A stretch of DNA of 64,000 bases from an uncultured Akkermansia sp. (GCA_947626635.1 CANQSY010000001.1:592-64591); one strand, 5' to 3'. Counted from the first letter of the stretch, positions 53,957 through 63,543 are shown. Made by a program: numbers and translations. Notes: generated from the letters alone by a model not told the origin.

Positions 53957-55738
53957 TTAGTTAAGAGGGAGTCGCGTTTCCGGGTAGCGGAAGGGTTGCG
54001 GAGGTTTCGGCGTGATGAAGATGAGCATGAACGTGAACATCCCCATGCGACCGAAGAGCATATTGAGCGTGATAATCAGCTTCGACAGGGAAGATAAGAT
54101 GCCCGGGTCAATCAGCGAGTACCCTGCCGTGGTGTACGCGCTCACCTCCAGGAAAAGCATGTTGATGATTCCCCTCTCCCCGTCAGCTACCTTCGGCTCA
54201 AGCAGCAGCAGCAGCATGGTCGTCGCTATAATCCAGAAAATCGAAAGCACCACCGTCGCCATCGCGCGCTCCACGGTGCTGCGCGCTATCCTCCGCGAGT
54301 GAAACTGCACATCCTGCTGCCCGCGCAGCACCCGGATCACCTCCAACACACACAGCGCCACCACCGGCGCAAACACCCCTCCTCCCGTCCCTGCCGGATT
54401 TCCCCCCACAAACATCAGCACACACATGTACAGCTTGTACACCGGACCGTAATCGGCTATGTCGGTCAGATTGAACCCGGCGGACCTGCCCACGGTGTTC
54501 CACGCGCTCTCCCAAATGGAGAGACCCACCTGCTGCGCGTGCGTGGAGGGCTCCAGCCAGCTCAGTAGTCCGAGTCCCACAAACCCCATCAGCAGCACGA
54601 TGCCCGTCACCCGAAATACCAGCCAGGAGTGCGTACTCCAGCGTCGCGTGTTCTTCTTACCCTGGAGCCTCCGTCGCAGCCGCGTCAGTCCCTCCAGGTA
54701 GATACCGAAACCCAAGGTGCCGGCCAGAACCAGCAGCAGCATCACCACCTGCGCCCCGAAGCACGTCACAATGCCATCCTGCGCCATGTTTTTCGGAAAA
54801 AGGGTGATGCCGGCATTGCAGAAAGCCGACACCGAATGGAAGAATGCGTAGAACCACAGATGATCCTGCGGCACAGCCGGATTCCCGCTCCACAGGCCGT
54901 GAAGAAGCACGGCTCCTATGAGCTCGATGCCGAAGGTCACAAAGAACACCGTCCGCAGCAAGTGCGGGATGATCTGCACGCCTTCCTGGTCCATGATGGC
55001 CGACATGGTCGTGCTCTCGTGCGTGTTGAGTCTCTTGCCCAGCATCAGGAGGATAAGGTACGTAAAGGTCATGACACCCAACGCCCCTATCTGAAAATCT
55101 GCCAGCACGACTAATTTTCCCAACGGCGTCAGCGCCTGTGAAATGTCAACCGTCATCAACCCGGTGATCGACGTCGCGCTCGCGCACGTGAACAAGGCAT
55201 CCACAAAACCGATCGGCTTGCAGGATGCCCCCGGCGTGAGTAATACCAATGAACTGAAAAGCACAAAGCCCACCATCGCCGTGAAGAAGAGAATAGCGGG
55301 CGACCACCTGTTCCTCTTCCCCTGTTGCAAACTGCGCCGGCGCTCCTTCACGTACGTGACCACATTGAGGATGCCGAAGATGCCGATGAACAGGGCCAGC
55401 AACAAGCCCAGCCACGGCATCGGCTTCATGGCGCCCCCTATCTCTCCGAAGAACACAACGCACGCCGCCACCCCCACCGCCAACTGACACCACACCATCC
55501 TCACCGGCATCCGTCGCCCGTACACCTCCCGCACGATGTTCGCGACAACGCACAGCGTGTTGAAACCCACGAGTCCCCCCACAATCAACAGAACGCTGCG
55601 CGTGAAGCTGCTCGCCACCTCCGCATTCGCCGCATTCGGCACGAAACACGCCGCCCACAGTACCACGCCTACTACCATGATACCGGATGCTATCTCGGGC
55701 AACTCCAATGCCCGGCCTGGCCTGCTTCGCCCTGCCAT
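53957..55738 (-). CDS. TrkH/KtrB family potassium uptake membrane subunit with extra N-terminal helices
   Basis: Pore loops TSITGL, SAFCNAG, RSAGF, TTAGYS; start uncertain. Confidence 0.88.
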   Translation of the reverse strand: MAGRSRPGRALELPEIASGIMVVGVVLWAACFVPNAANAEVASSFTRSVLLIVGGLVGFNTLCVVANIVREVYGRRMPVRMVWCQLAVGVAACVVFFGEIGGAMKPMPWLGLLLALFIGIFGILNVVTYVKERRRSLQQGKRNRWSPAILFFTAMVGFVLFSSLVLLTPGASCKPIGFVDALFTCASATSITGLMTVDISQALTPLGKLVVLADFQIGALGVMTFTYLILLMLGKRLNTHESTTMSAIMDQEGVQIIPHLLRTVFFVTFGIELIGAVLLHGLWSGNPAVPQDHLWFYAFFHSVSAFCNAGITLFPKNMAQDGIVTCFGAQVVMLLLVLAGTLGFGIYLEGLTRLRRRLQGKKNTRRWSTHSWLVFRVTGIVLLMGFVGLGLLSWLEPSTHAQQVGLSIWESAWNTVGRSAGFNLTDIADYGPVYKLYMCVLMFVGGNPAGTGGGVFAPVVALCVLEVIRVLRGQQDVQFHSRRIARSTVERAMATVVLSIFWIIATTMLLLLLEPKVADGERGIINMLFLEVSAYTTAGYSLIDPGILSSLSKLIITLNMLFGRMGMFTFMLIFITPKPPQPFRYPETRLPLN

Positions 55739-55780
55739 CTATGCCCCTATTCTACCACATACCGCGCCCAATGCAAGCCC

Positions 55781-55932
55781 CGGGCGCCTTCGGCGCCTAT
55801 TTACGATTTTCGATTTACGATCTACGATTTGGAATTAATGCGCGCCGGGGGCGCGTTCCAGTGGAGCGTATGCAAAGCGGAATTTTCAGGGTCAACGGTA
55901 ATGAATAGCTAGAAAGGAGCTGGGCGCCTTCG
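55781..55932 (+). repeat. Single repeat unit (core, module, half core)
   Basis: Core at 55798; ends within the next hairpin at GGGCGCCTTCG. Confidence 0.9.
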
Positions 55933-55957
55933 TTAAAAAATGCCATTTCGGGAACGC

Positions 55958-57055
55958 TCACAGGTCCCGTCCGAAAACCTCTGATTGGCGGCCGCTGGAC
56001 TCGAGAGCTTGGAGTCGGGCGGGGGGCAGGACGGAGCGGGAGAGCTGGGCGTAGTGGAGACGGTTGCGGAAGTAGTCCACCGCGCTTTGAGAGACGGCAA
56101 AGATACGACGGAATCCCCGGTTTCTCGCTTTTTCCTCAACGAAGTGGCACATGGCACGTCCGTACCCATGTCCCTCGTAACTTTTCTTGATAAAGAGGCA
56201 ACCCAACTCCGCGCATGATTCTTCCGGGTAAGGATAGAGAGCGACGCAGCCCACGATCGTGTCGTCCAGCGTGTAAACGTAGTAGCTGTGCAGCTCGGCG
56301 CGGATGCTTTCGTAGGTGCGTTGCAGCAGTTTCTCGTCCGCCACGCAGCGAGCTATCATCGAGAGCAGCTCGGGAATATCATCCTCCTGCACGGGGCGAA
56401 TCTCGCGGTAGGAGTCGGCGTGCACCATGGTGCCGACCCCTTCCTCGGAGAAAATCTCATCGAGCAGCACGCCACGTCGACGTCCGTTCAGCAAGTGCAC
56501 ACGCGGGATGCCGCGCCGGCAGACGCAAGCCGCGGCGCGGAGTTCCTCCGCGTGACTGCACTCCGCAAGGCTGCGCTCGACCTCACTCTCGAGAATGGCG
56601 AAGATAGGCTGGCCCGCGCGGGAGGGGACCTCGTCGGTCTGCAGACAAATGTATTTAGCCGCGTTGAGCTCCACCGCCAGCTGCACACTCCCCCCATCAA
56701 AGCGACCCTGCGAGCCGGAGGCGATGATGGCGACCTGACGCCGGTCGATGATTTCGCGCACGCGACTCACGGCGGCAGGGTCCGTCAACGCGATACCGGC
56801 GGCGGCGGCGTGCATCTCGCAGATGTCCGCCCGATGCGCCAGCGAGTCTGCGCTGTCGCCCTCCGCCACGAGGACGAGACGAACGCCGATCTCATGCAGC
56901 GCGTCCACATCCAGCAGCGCGTCCACCAGTTCGTCCGCCTCGAGCAGGCTGCGGCTGATATGCACGACGAAGAGACGCCCTTGGAAGTAGGGCACGTATT
57001 CCAGCACTGAGCGGATGTTGGCGGACATACTCACTGCATGGTCAAGGAAGGACAC
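55958..57055 (-). CDS. argA: Amino-acid N-acetyltransferase (N-acetylglutamate synthase, AAK plus GNAT)
   Basis: YVPYFQGRLFVV, GIPRVHLLNG..LLDEIFSEEGVGTM, AELGCL, RSGRQSEV. Confidence 0.88.
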   Translation of the reverse strand: MSFLDHAVSMSANIRSVLEYVPYFQGRLFVVHISRSLLEADELVDALLDVDALHEIGVRLVLVAEGDSADSLAHRADICEMHAAAAGIALTDPAAVSRVREIIDRRQVAIIASGSQGRFDGGSVQLAVELNAAKYICLQTDEVPSRAGQPIFAILESEVERSLAECSHAEELRAAACVCRRGIPRVHLLNGRRRGVLLDEIFSEEGVGTMVHADSYREIRPVQEDDIPELLSMIARCVADEKLLQRTYESIRAELHSYYVYTLDDTIVGCVALYPYPEESCAELGCLFIKKSYEGHGYGRAMCHFVEEKARNRGFRRIFAVSQSAVDYFRNRLHYAQLSRSVLPPARLQALESSGRQSEVFGRDL

Positions 57056-57057
57056 TC

Positions 57058-60000
57058 TCAGAGGGTAGGATGCGGATCCTGGGGATCGAACACCGGAGAA
57101 TCATCCGATGCTTTCTTCTGCTTGTTCTCGGACTTGATATGGACGAGTCGTTTTTTTCGCGAGGGGAGGGAGAGCTTTTTCTCGTGCATGACGGCGCCCT
57201 CCGGCAACGCGCCGGAAAGGCTATCCTCCCGGGCGGAGCTCTCCTGCGCCTCCTGCTCATGGAGGCGGCGCAACTGGTCGCGCAGGGAGGTCAGGAGGTC
57301 TCCCTGATTAAGAAAATCATCTCCGCCGGAATCGTTATGGGGGTCGGCGACCGGGAGCGAGGCGAGGAAGTCCTCGAAGGCGCTGAGGTTGGTGGTGCTG
57401 CGGAAGAGTCGGCTGAGCATATCCAGCTGGATATCCTGCATCAGCGTTTCGAAGAGACCGTAGGCCTCGCGCTTGTATTCCACGAGCGGGTCGCGCTGTC
57501 CCTGGGCACGCAGACGCACCCCTTCCCGCAGGGCATCCATGTCGTTGATGTGCCGCTGCCACATCTTATCAATCGCCTGCAACATGAGCTGCCGTTCCAT
57601 ACGGTCCACGTAGTCCGGACGTTCCCCGCTCACCTTTTTCTCGTACATCTCGCGCACGCGATCGCAGATGAGTTTAGCCGCCTCGCCGGCAGTTTTGCCC
57701 TCCAGTTGGGCATCCTTTTCGCTCCAGCCGGTGGGGAAGGCTGTGTTCACCCAGTTAAGCAAGCTTTCGGCATTCACGGTGCCGTCGTGTTCATCCTGGA
57801 TGTAGTATTCGCACTTAAACTGCACGGCTTCATCGAGAATCTCGTAGATCATGATGCGCGGTTCCTCGCAGAGGAGCGCATCGTTGCGCATGGCGTACAC
57901 AATGGTGCGCTGCTGGTTCATGACGTCGTCGTAATCCAGCACGTGCTTACGCCAAATATAATTGCGCTGCTCAACCCTCTTTTGGGCGCCCTCGATGATT
58001 TTGTTCATGAGGCGGTTCTCCACAGCCTCGCCCTCTTCCATGCCGAAGCGGTCCATGATCTTGGTCATGCGCTCGCTCCCGCCGAAGTTGCGCATGAGGT
58101 CGTCCTCGAACGAAAGGAAGAATTGCGAGGCTCCGGGGTCGCCCTGCCGCGAACAACGTCCGCGCAGCTGGCGGTCAATTCGCCGCGCCTCGTAGCGCTC
58201 GGTCCCCAGCACGAAGAGACCACCCAAATCCGCCACACCTTCGCCCAACTTGATGTCCGTACCGCGACCCGCCATGTTGGTAGAAACCGTGACGGCGGCG
58301 CGCTGTCCCGCCAGGGCGATGATCTCCGCCTCACGCTGGTGATTTTTGGCGTTGAGCACCTCATGCGGCACCTTCGCCATCTTGAGCATGCGCGAGAGGG
58401 TCTCCGAGGCATCCACCGAAGCCGTCCCTACCAGCACCGGCTGCCCCTTCTTGTGCAGCTCCACAATCTTCGCCACAACGGCATTGAACTTTTCCCGACG
58501 GCTCTTAAAAATGAGGTCGTTGAAATCCTCGCGGATGCAGGGCTTGTTGGTCGGGATGGGAAGGACGTCCAGCTTGTAGATGTCGTGGAACTCTGCCGCC
58601 TCGGTTTCCGCCGTACCGGTCATGCCTGCCAAACGGCTGTAAAGGCGGAAGTAATTCTGGATGGTGATGGTGGCGTAGGTCATGTTCTCCTCTTCGACCT
58701 CGACGCCTTCCTTGGCCTCCACCGCCTGGTGCAGCCCTTCGCTCCAGCGGCGACCGGGCATTTCGCGACCGGTATTCTGGTCGATGATGATGATCTTGCC
58801 TTCCTTCACGACGTACTCCTTATCGCGCTCATAGATCGTGTAGGCCTTGAGCAGTTGGCTCGTCGTATGCAGGCGGATGCCGGTTTCCTCCAGCTTCTTG
58901 GTCAGGGCCTGCTTACGCGCTTCTTTCTCGCGCTCGCTGAGGCGCTCGTTCTCGTCAATGTTGACAAATTCCGTTCCGATATCGGGGAGGACGAAATCCT
59001 CGGGGTGTCCGGGGCTGATGAGTTGACGTCCCTGCTCCATCAGGTCCGCGTCGTGCGTCTTCTCATCCACGGAGAAGTAAAGTTCCTCCTTGAGACGGAA
59101 GAGTTCTTGTTTGCGCGGGTCCTGGAAGAGGAAGAGCTCATATTTTTCCACCATGCGGCGGAACTCGGGATCCTGCTGGGAGCGCATGAAAGCACGGTTG
59201 CGCGGCATTCCCAGCTTAACCTTGTACAGGCAGCGACCGGCGGCTTCCGTGTTGCCCTCCTTGGCGTAGTCGAACGCCTGAGTCATGAGTTTGTTGCACA
59301 GCTCTACCTGCGCCTTCACCACCTTTTCGATGATGGGCTTGAGCTTGTCGTACTGCTGTTCCGTCTCGATGACGGCGGGACCGGAAATGATGAGCGGCGT
59401 GCGTGCTTCGTCGATGAGGATGGAATCCACCTCGTCGATAATGGCGAAGTAATGACCGCGCTGCACCTGCGCCTCGCGGGTGGTGGCCATGCCATTGTCG
59501 CGCAGATAGTCGAAGCCGAACTCGGCGTTTGTGCCGTAGGTGATGTCGCAAGCGTACTGCTCGTGCCTCAGGTCGTTCGGCATAAGGCTCTGGATGCAGC
59601 CCACCGTGAGGCCGAGAAAGTTGAACAGAGCCCCCATCCACATGGAGTCGCGTTTAGCGAGATAATCGTTCACCGTCACCACGTGCACACCCAGCCCCGT
59701 CAGCGCATTCAGGTACACCGGCAATGTCGCCACCAGCGTCTTGCCCTCGCCCGTCGCCATCTCGGCGATGAACCCCCGATGCAGCGCGACGCCGCCCAAC
59801 AGCTGCACGTCGAAGTGCACCATGTTCCACTCGGTCGGCGTGCCGCAAACATCGATGACCTTGCCGCACATCATACGCGCCGCTAATTTCACGACGGCGA
59901 AAGCCTCCGGCAGGATGGCGTCCAGGTACTTGCTGCGCAACTTGTCGAACTTCGGTTCAATATCGACAAAGGCCTTTTTCCCCTCTTCAATGGACGCCAC

Positions 60001-60309
60001 CGAGGCCTCAACGTGCGGAAGTTTGGGAAAGACATCGCGCAGGGCGTCGAAGCGGGTGTTGAGTGTATCGGCGTACCGGTCGAGCTGCTCCTGGGAGGCG
60101 GCGAGGATGATGCCTCGCGGCGGCATGTCGATCGGCGTGAAGCGGTGCAGGTAAGACTGCCACTCGCGGGTTTTGCCGCGCAGGAACTCCTCATCTTTTT
60201 CCATCCACTCCGCCTCTTTCTCAAGAATGCGTTTCACAACGGGACGCAACTTGCGCACTTCCCGCTGATTTTTTGATCCCACAATTTTATTGAGAATCCA
60301 CTTGATCAT
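57058..60309 (-). CDS. secA: Preprotein translocase ATPase SecA
   Basis: AEMATGEGKT, IIDEVDSILIDEAR, TNMAGRGTDI, RQLRGRCSRQGDPG; start MIKWIL. Confidence 0.97.
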   Translation of the reverse strand: MIKWILNKIVGSKNQREVRKLRPVVKRILEKEAEWMEKDEEFLRGKTREWQSYLHRFTPIDMPPRGIILAASQEQLDRYADTLNTRFDALRDVFPKLPHVEASVASIEEGKKAFVDIEPKFDKLRSKYLDAILPEAFAVVKLAARMMCGKVIDVCGTPTEWNMVHFDVQLLGGVALHRGFIAEMATGEGKTLVATLPVYLNALTGLGVHVVTVNDYLAKRDSMWMGALFNFLGLTVGCIQSLMPNDLRHEQYACDITYGTNAEFGFDYLRDNGMATTREAQVQRGHYFAIIDEVDSILIDEARTPLIISGPAVIETEQQYDKLKPIIEKVVKAQVELCNKLMTQAFDYAKEGNTEAAGRCLYKVKLGMPRNRAFMRSQQDPEFRRMVEKYELFLFQDPRKQELFRLKEELYFSVDEKTHDADLMEQGRQLISPGHPEDFVLPDIGTEFVNIDENERLSEREKEARKQALTKKLEETGIRLHTTSQLLKAYTIYERDKEYVVKEGKIIIIDQNTGREMPGRRWSEGLHQAVEAKEGVEVEEENMTYATITIQNYFRLYSRLAGMTGTAETEAAEFHDIYKLDVLPIPTNKPCIREDFNDLIFKSRREKFNAVVAKIVELHKKGQPVLVGTASVDASETLSRMLKMAKVPHEVLNAKNHQREAEIIALAGQRAAVTVSTNMAGRGTDIKLGEGVADLGGLFVLGTERYEARRIDRQLRGRCSRQGDPGASQFFLSFEDDLMRNFGGSERMTKIMDRFGMEEGEAVENRLMNKIIEGAQKRVEQRNYIWRKHVLDYDDVMNQQRTIVYAMRNDALLCEEPRIMIYEILDEAVQFKCEYYIQDEHDGTVNAESLLNWVNTAFPTGWSEKDAQLEGKTAGEAAKLICDRVREMYEKKVSGERPDYVDRMERQLMLQAIDKMWQRHINDMDALREGVRLRAQGQRDPLVEYKREAYGLFETLMQDIQLDMLSRLFRSTTNLSAFEDFLASLPVADPHNDSGGDDFLNQGDLLTSLRDQLRRLHEQEAQESSAREDSLSGALPEGAVMHEKKLSLPSRKKRLVHIKSENKQKKASDDSPVFDPQDPHPTL

Positions 60310-60361
60310 ATCGAATAGCTGTTGGTATATTCCCTCGCGAGCAGGTGTCCCCGCGCGCGTC

Positions 60362-60390
60362 ATCCTACCATAGCTCGCGCTCGTTTGCAA
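60362..60390 (-). promoter_or_regulatory. Promoter of secA
   Basis: TTGCAA-17bp-TAGGAT with TGG extension. Confidence 0.6.
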
Positions 60391-60440
60391 GGGGAATGTC
60401 GTTGCTTTACGCGTGGAGACACAAAATTCCGGGCGGGGGC

Positions 60441-60985
60441 CGGGCGCCTTCGGCGCCTATTTACGATTTTCGATTTACGATTTACGATCTCAGGGAATTC
60501 GCGCGCGAAGCGCGGGATATGCCAAGCAGTAGCGAAGCGGAATTTTCAGGGTCAACGGTAATGAATAGCTAGAAAGGAGCCGGTGGCGCCTGGGCTGCGC
60601 CTATTTACGATTTTCGATTTACGTTGACTCACCGCCGCCCCATCGACGGTTCGCCCTGCGGGCAAAAGCACCGCTTTTGTCCAATCCCCCTCCGAGCCCT
60701 CGGGGGCTTTTTACGATCTCAGGGAATTCGCGCGCGAAGCGCGGGATATGCCAAGCAGTAGCGAAGCGGAATTTTCAGGGTCAACGGTAATGAATAGCTA
60801 GAAAGGAGCCGGTGGCGCCTAGGCTGCGCCTATTTACGATTTTCGATTTACGTTGACTCACCGCCGCCCCATCGACGGTTCGCCCTGCGGGCAACGCGTG
60901 AGCGTTGTCCGCAGGGCGCTGAGGTAGTGCGGTACCGAAGCGTCAAAGCAGTAGCGAAGCGGAATTCTTGAAATGATGGTGCGTT
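60441..60985 (+). repeat. Modular repeat array containing a 229-bp-period tandem duplication
   Basis: Cores at 60458, 60602, 60831; 60481-60665 repeated at 60710-60894. Confidence 0.93.
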
Positions 60986-61006
60986 GGGGTGGTATCTCGG
61001 CATACC

Positions 61007-62260
61007 TCACCCGTTCAAACAGGCGGGGTTGAGGAGGAAATCGCGGAGGGGGAGGATGAAGATGCCGAAGGGGTCGTAGTGAGCAGCGGGCGCATCACGA
61101 GTGATGAGGACCTTTTTGAAGGAATCGCTGACGGCAAGCAGGGGGCGCTCCTCCTGTTCGCGTTTTTCACGGGTGGGAATGGAAAGAGAGGACTGGATGT
61201 AGATGCGTGAATCGCCGAGGTTGGCGACAAAATCGACCTCCACTTTTTTTCGCTCACGCGAGGCTTTACCCTTGTCCTTGTCCACTTCCACGGATCCGAC
61301 ATCCACATTGTAGCCGCGGATGAGTAGCTCGTTGTAAATCACGTTTTCCATGATGTGAGCCTCCTCCGTCTGGCGGAAATTGATGCAAGCATTGCGCAGC
61401 CCCATGTCCACAAAATAATACTTGTAGGGGGAATCAATGTAACGGTTTCCGCGGATATCGAAACGTTCAGCACGTTGGATGAGGAACGCCTCCTGCAGGA
61501 GATCGAGAAATTGCTTGATCGTGGGAGCAGAAAGATTGACGTGTTTGACACTCGCGAAGCAGTTTGCCAGCTTACGGGGGTTGAGCAGGCAGCTGATGTT
61601 TGACGCCAGGATGTTCATCAATTCGTCAAGCTCCTCCGTCTTGCGAAGTCGGTTGCGCTCGATCATGTCGCGCAGGTAGGTCTCACGGAAGAGAGAACGC
61701 AGGTATTGCATCTTCTTCCTCGGCTCATCGATGGAGAGTGTGAGCGGCATACCTCCGTAGAGGATGTACTCCTTCCATGCCTCCTCCCAGTAGCAATCCT
61801 TCACCGAATAAAACTCGGCAAAGCTCAGCGGATGCACGCGCACCTCGTCGCCGCGTCCTCGAAACTCCGTCACCACGTCACTCGACAGAAAACGCGAGTT
61901 GCTCCCCGTCACGTAGATGTCGAGATGGCGCACACGCAGCAAGCCATTGAGCACACTCTCGAAGTCCGCCATCATCTGCACCTCATCCAGCAGCAGATAG
62001 TACATCTCTTCATCACGTATTTGCGCTTTCACGTACCGGTAGCATTCCTCCGGGTCGCGGTATTTCCGCTCATCAAAATTATCCAGAGCCAAGCTGATGA
62101 TGTGGTCCTCCCTCACCCCCGACTCCAGCAAATGGCGACGAAACAACTCGAAAAGAAGATAGGATTTGCCGCAGCGCCGGACCCCGCTCACAATTTTGAT
62201 CAGCCCGTTTTCCCGTTTGGAAACAAGTTGATCGATATACTCTTTTCGTTTAATTTCCAT
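61007..62260 (-). CDS. AAA_14 ATPase with C-terminal DUF4143 domain
   Basis: GVRRCGKS, LLDEVQ, TGSNS, KYYFVDMGLRN, ENVIYNEL, EVDFV; start MEIKRK at 62260; lower GC. Confidence 0.9.
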   Translation of the reverse strand: MEIKRKEYIDQLVSKRENGLIKIVSGVRRCGKSYLLFELFRRHLLESGVREDHIISLALDNFDERKYRDPEECYRYVKAQIRDEEMYYLLLDEVQMMADFESVLNGLLRVRHLDIYVTGSNSRFLSSDVVTEFRGRGDEVRVHPLSFAEFYSVKDCYWEEAWKEYILYGGMPLTLSIDEPRKKMQYLRSLFRETYLRDMIERNRLRKTEELDELMNILASNISCLLNPRKLANCFASVKHVNLSAPTIKQFLDLLQEAFLIQRAERFDIRGNRYIDSPYKYYFVDMGLRNACINFRQTEEAHIMENVIYNELLIRGYNVDVGSVEVDKDKGKASRERKKVEVDFVANLGDSRIYIQSSLSIPTREKREQEERPLLAVSDSFKKVLITRDAPAAHYDPFGIFILPLRDFLLNPACLNG

Positions 62261-62272
62261 AGGTTTATAATT

Positions 62273-62318
62273 TTCTATTTTACACAATGCGGGAATTCCC
62301 GCGAAGTGTAAAATAGAA
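62273..62318. promoter_or_regulatory. 46-bp interrupted palindrome in the leader/promoter of the DUF4143 ATPase
   Basis: TTCTATTTTACAC-AAT-GCGGGAATTCCCGC-GAA-GTGTAAAATAGAA. Confidence 0.6.
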
Positions 62319-62341
62319 TATACGCAAAAGCCTCCCTTTTG

Positions 62342-62405
62342 GCAAGACAATTCACTTGCTATTTACGGGGCGCCGGGCGCCTTCGGCGCCTATTTACGAT
62401 TTACC
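62342..62405 (+). repeat. Minimal repeat array (2 cores) between the DUF4143 ATPase and the gltA stop
   Basis: GCAAG..CTTGC-TATTTACG (62360) and GGCGCC-TTC-GGCGCC-TATTTACGATTTAC (62391). Confidence 0.85.
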
Positions 62406-63543
62406 TCATGTCCAGCATGGGAACGAGGAGGGGCTCATTGGTCCCCACGTAGCGGGAGAGCGGACGGAAGAGGGTGTTGTCCTCCAACTGCTCGAGGATT
62501 TGCGCGACCCAGCCAGCGACGCGAGCGATGGCGAAGACGGTGGTGAACATCCGGGTGGGGATGCCTAGGCTGTAGTAAACGGTGGCGGAATAGAAATCGA
62601 CGTTGGCGTTGAGATTTTTTCGGTCGCGCAGGATTTTGGCAATCATGTCGCTCATGCGGATCCACTTGGGTTCGCCGATGGTTTGGGTGAGGCGGATGGC
62701 GATGCGGCGCAGCTGCGGCGCGCGCGGATCGAGAGTCTTGTACACGCGGTGTCCGATGCCGAAGATTTTCTCGTGGTTCGCGAGTTTCTCATTGATGTAC
62801 GCCTCCACGTTGGACTCTTCCCCGATCTCCTTGAGCATCTCGATCACCGCTTCATTGGCGCCGCCGTGCAGCGGTCCCTTGAGGGTGCCGATGGCAGAGG
62901 TGATGCAGGAATACATGTCCGACAGGGTGGAGGCCGTCACTCGGGAGGAGAAGGTAGAGGCGTTCATCCCGTGGTCAGCGTGCAGAATGTACGCCACGTC
63001 CAGGATATGCGCCTCGCCCGGGTCCGGCTCCTTCCCCTTCAACAGCCAGAGGAAATGCGCCGCCTCGTCGAGATCCGTGCGGATGGGCGGCAGGTCCAAC
63101 CCCTGGCAGGTGCGGTAGTAATAGGCCGCCATCACCGGCAACTTGGCGATGAGCGACAGCCCGATCTCCTTCATCTGCGTCGGGTCCTTTGTCCGGTCGT
63201 CGTACATGCCGAGCATGGAGACCGCCGTGCGCAGCGCGCTCATGGGACGCGCCGTCTTAGTGGCGGTCTTGAAGAAATCCAGAATCGGCTGCGGCAGCTC
63301 GCGATCCGTGCGCAATCTCTGCTGCAGACCCATGAGTTCTTGTCGATTCGGCAGCCTCTTGTTGAGCAGGAGATAGATGATCTCCCCGTAGGAACAGAGA
63401 TCCACCAAATCCTCAATATCGTACCCGCAGTAAAGCAAACGTCCCTCCTCACCCCGCACATCGCTGAGCCGTGTTTCATTCGCTACAATGCCTTTGAGCC
63501 CTTTGCTGTAGATTGGTTGAGGCGCGTCGCTGTCGGGTGTCAT
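62401..63543 (-). CDS. gltA: Citrate synthase
   Basis: YSKGLKG, LHADHGMNAST, GPLHGGANE, GIGHRVYK, NVDFYS; start MTPDSD. Confidence 0.96.
   Translation of the reverse strand: MTPDSDAPQPIYSKGLKGIVANETRLSDVRGEEGRLLYCGYDIEDLVDLCSYGEIIYLLLNKRLPNRQELMGLQQRLRTDRELPQPILDFFKTATKTARPMSALRTAVSMLGMYDDRTKDPTQMKEIGLSLIAKLPVMAAYYYRTCQGLDLPPIRTDLDEAAHFLWLLKGKEPDPGEAHILDVAYILHADHGMNASTFSSRVTASTLSDMYSCITSAIGTLKGPLHGGANEAVIEMLKEIGEESNVEAYINEKLANHEKIFGIGHRVYKTLDPRAPQLRRIAIRLTQTIGEPKWIRMSDMIAKILRDRKNLNANVDFYSATVYYSLGIPTRMFTTVFAIARVAGWVAQILEQLEDNTLFRPLSRYVGTNEPLLVPMLDMR

Noticed and set aside
57070-59886. Long antisense ORFs (938 aa opposite secA; also 37210-38778, 23803-25164, 41110-42378, 50825-52183, 7751-8971, 14843-16186)
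   Set aside because: Shadow ORFs caused by high-GC codon bias opposite well-supported genes.
25037-60985. Repeat arrays as CRISPR arrays
   Set aside because: The intervening segments are 90-110 bp, recur at many loci and are palindromic rather than unique spacers. The repeat unit is variable and no cas genes are present.
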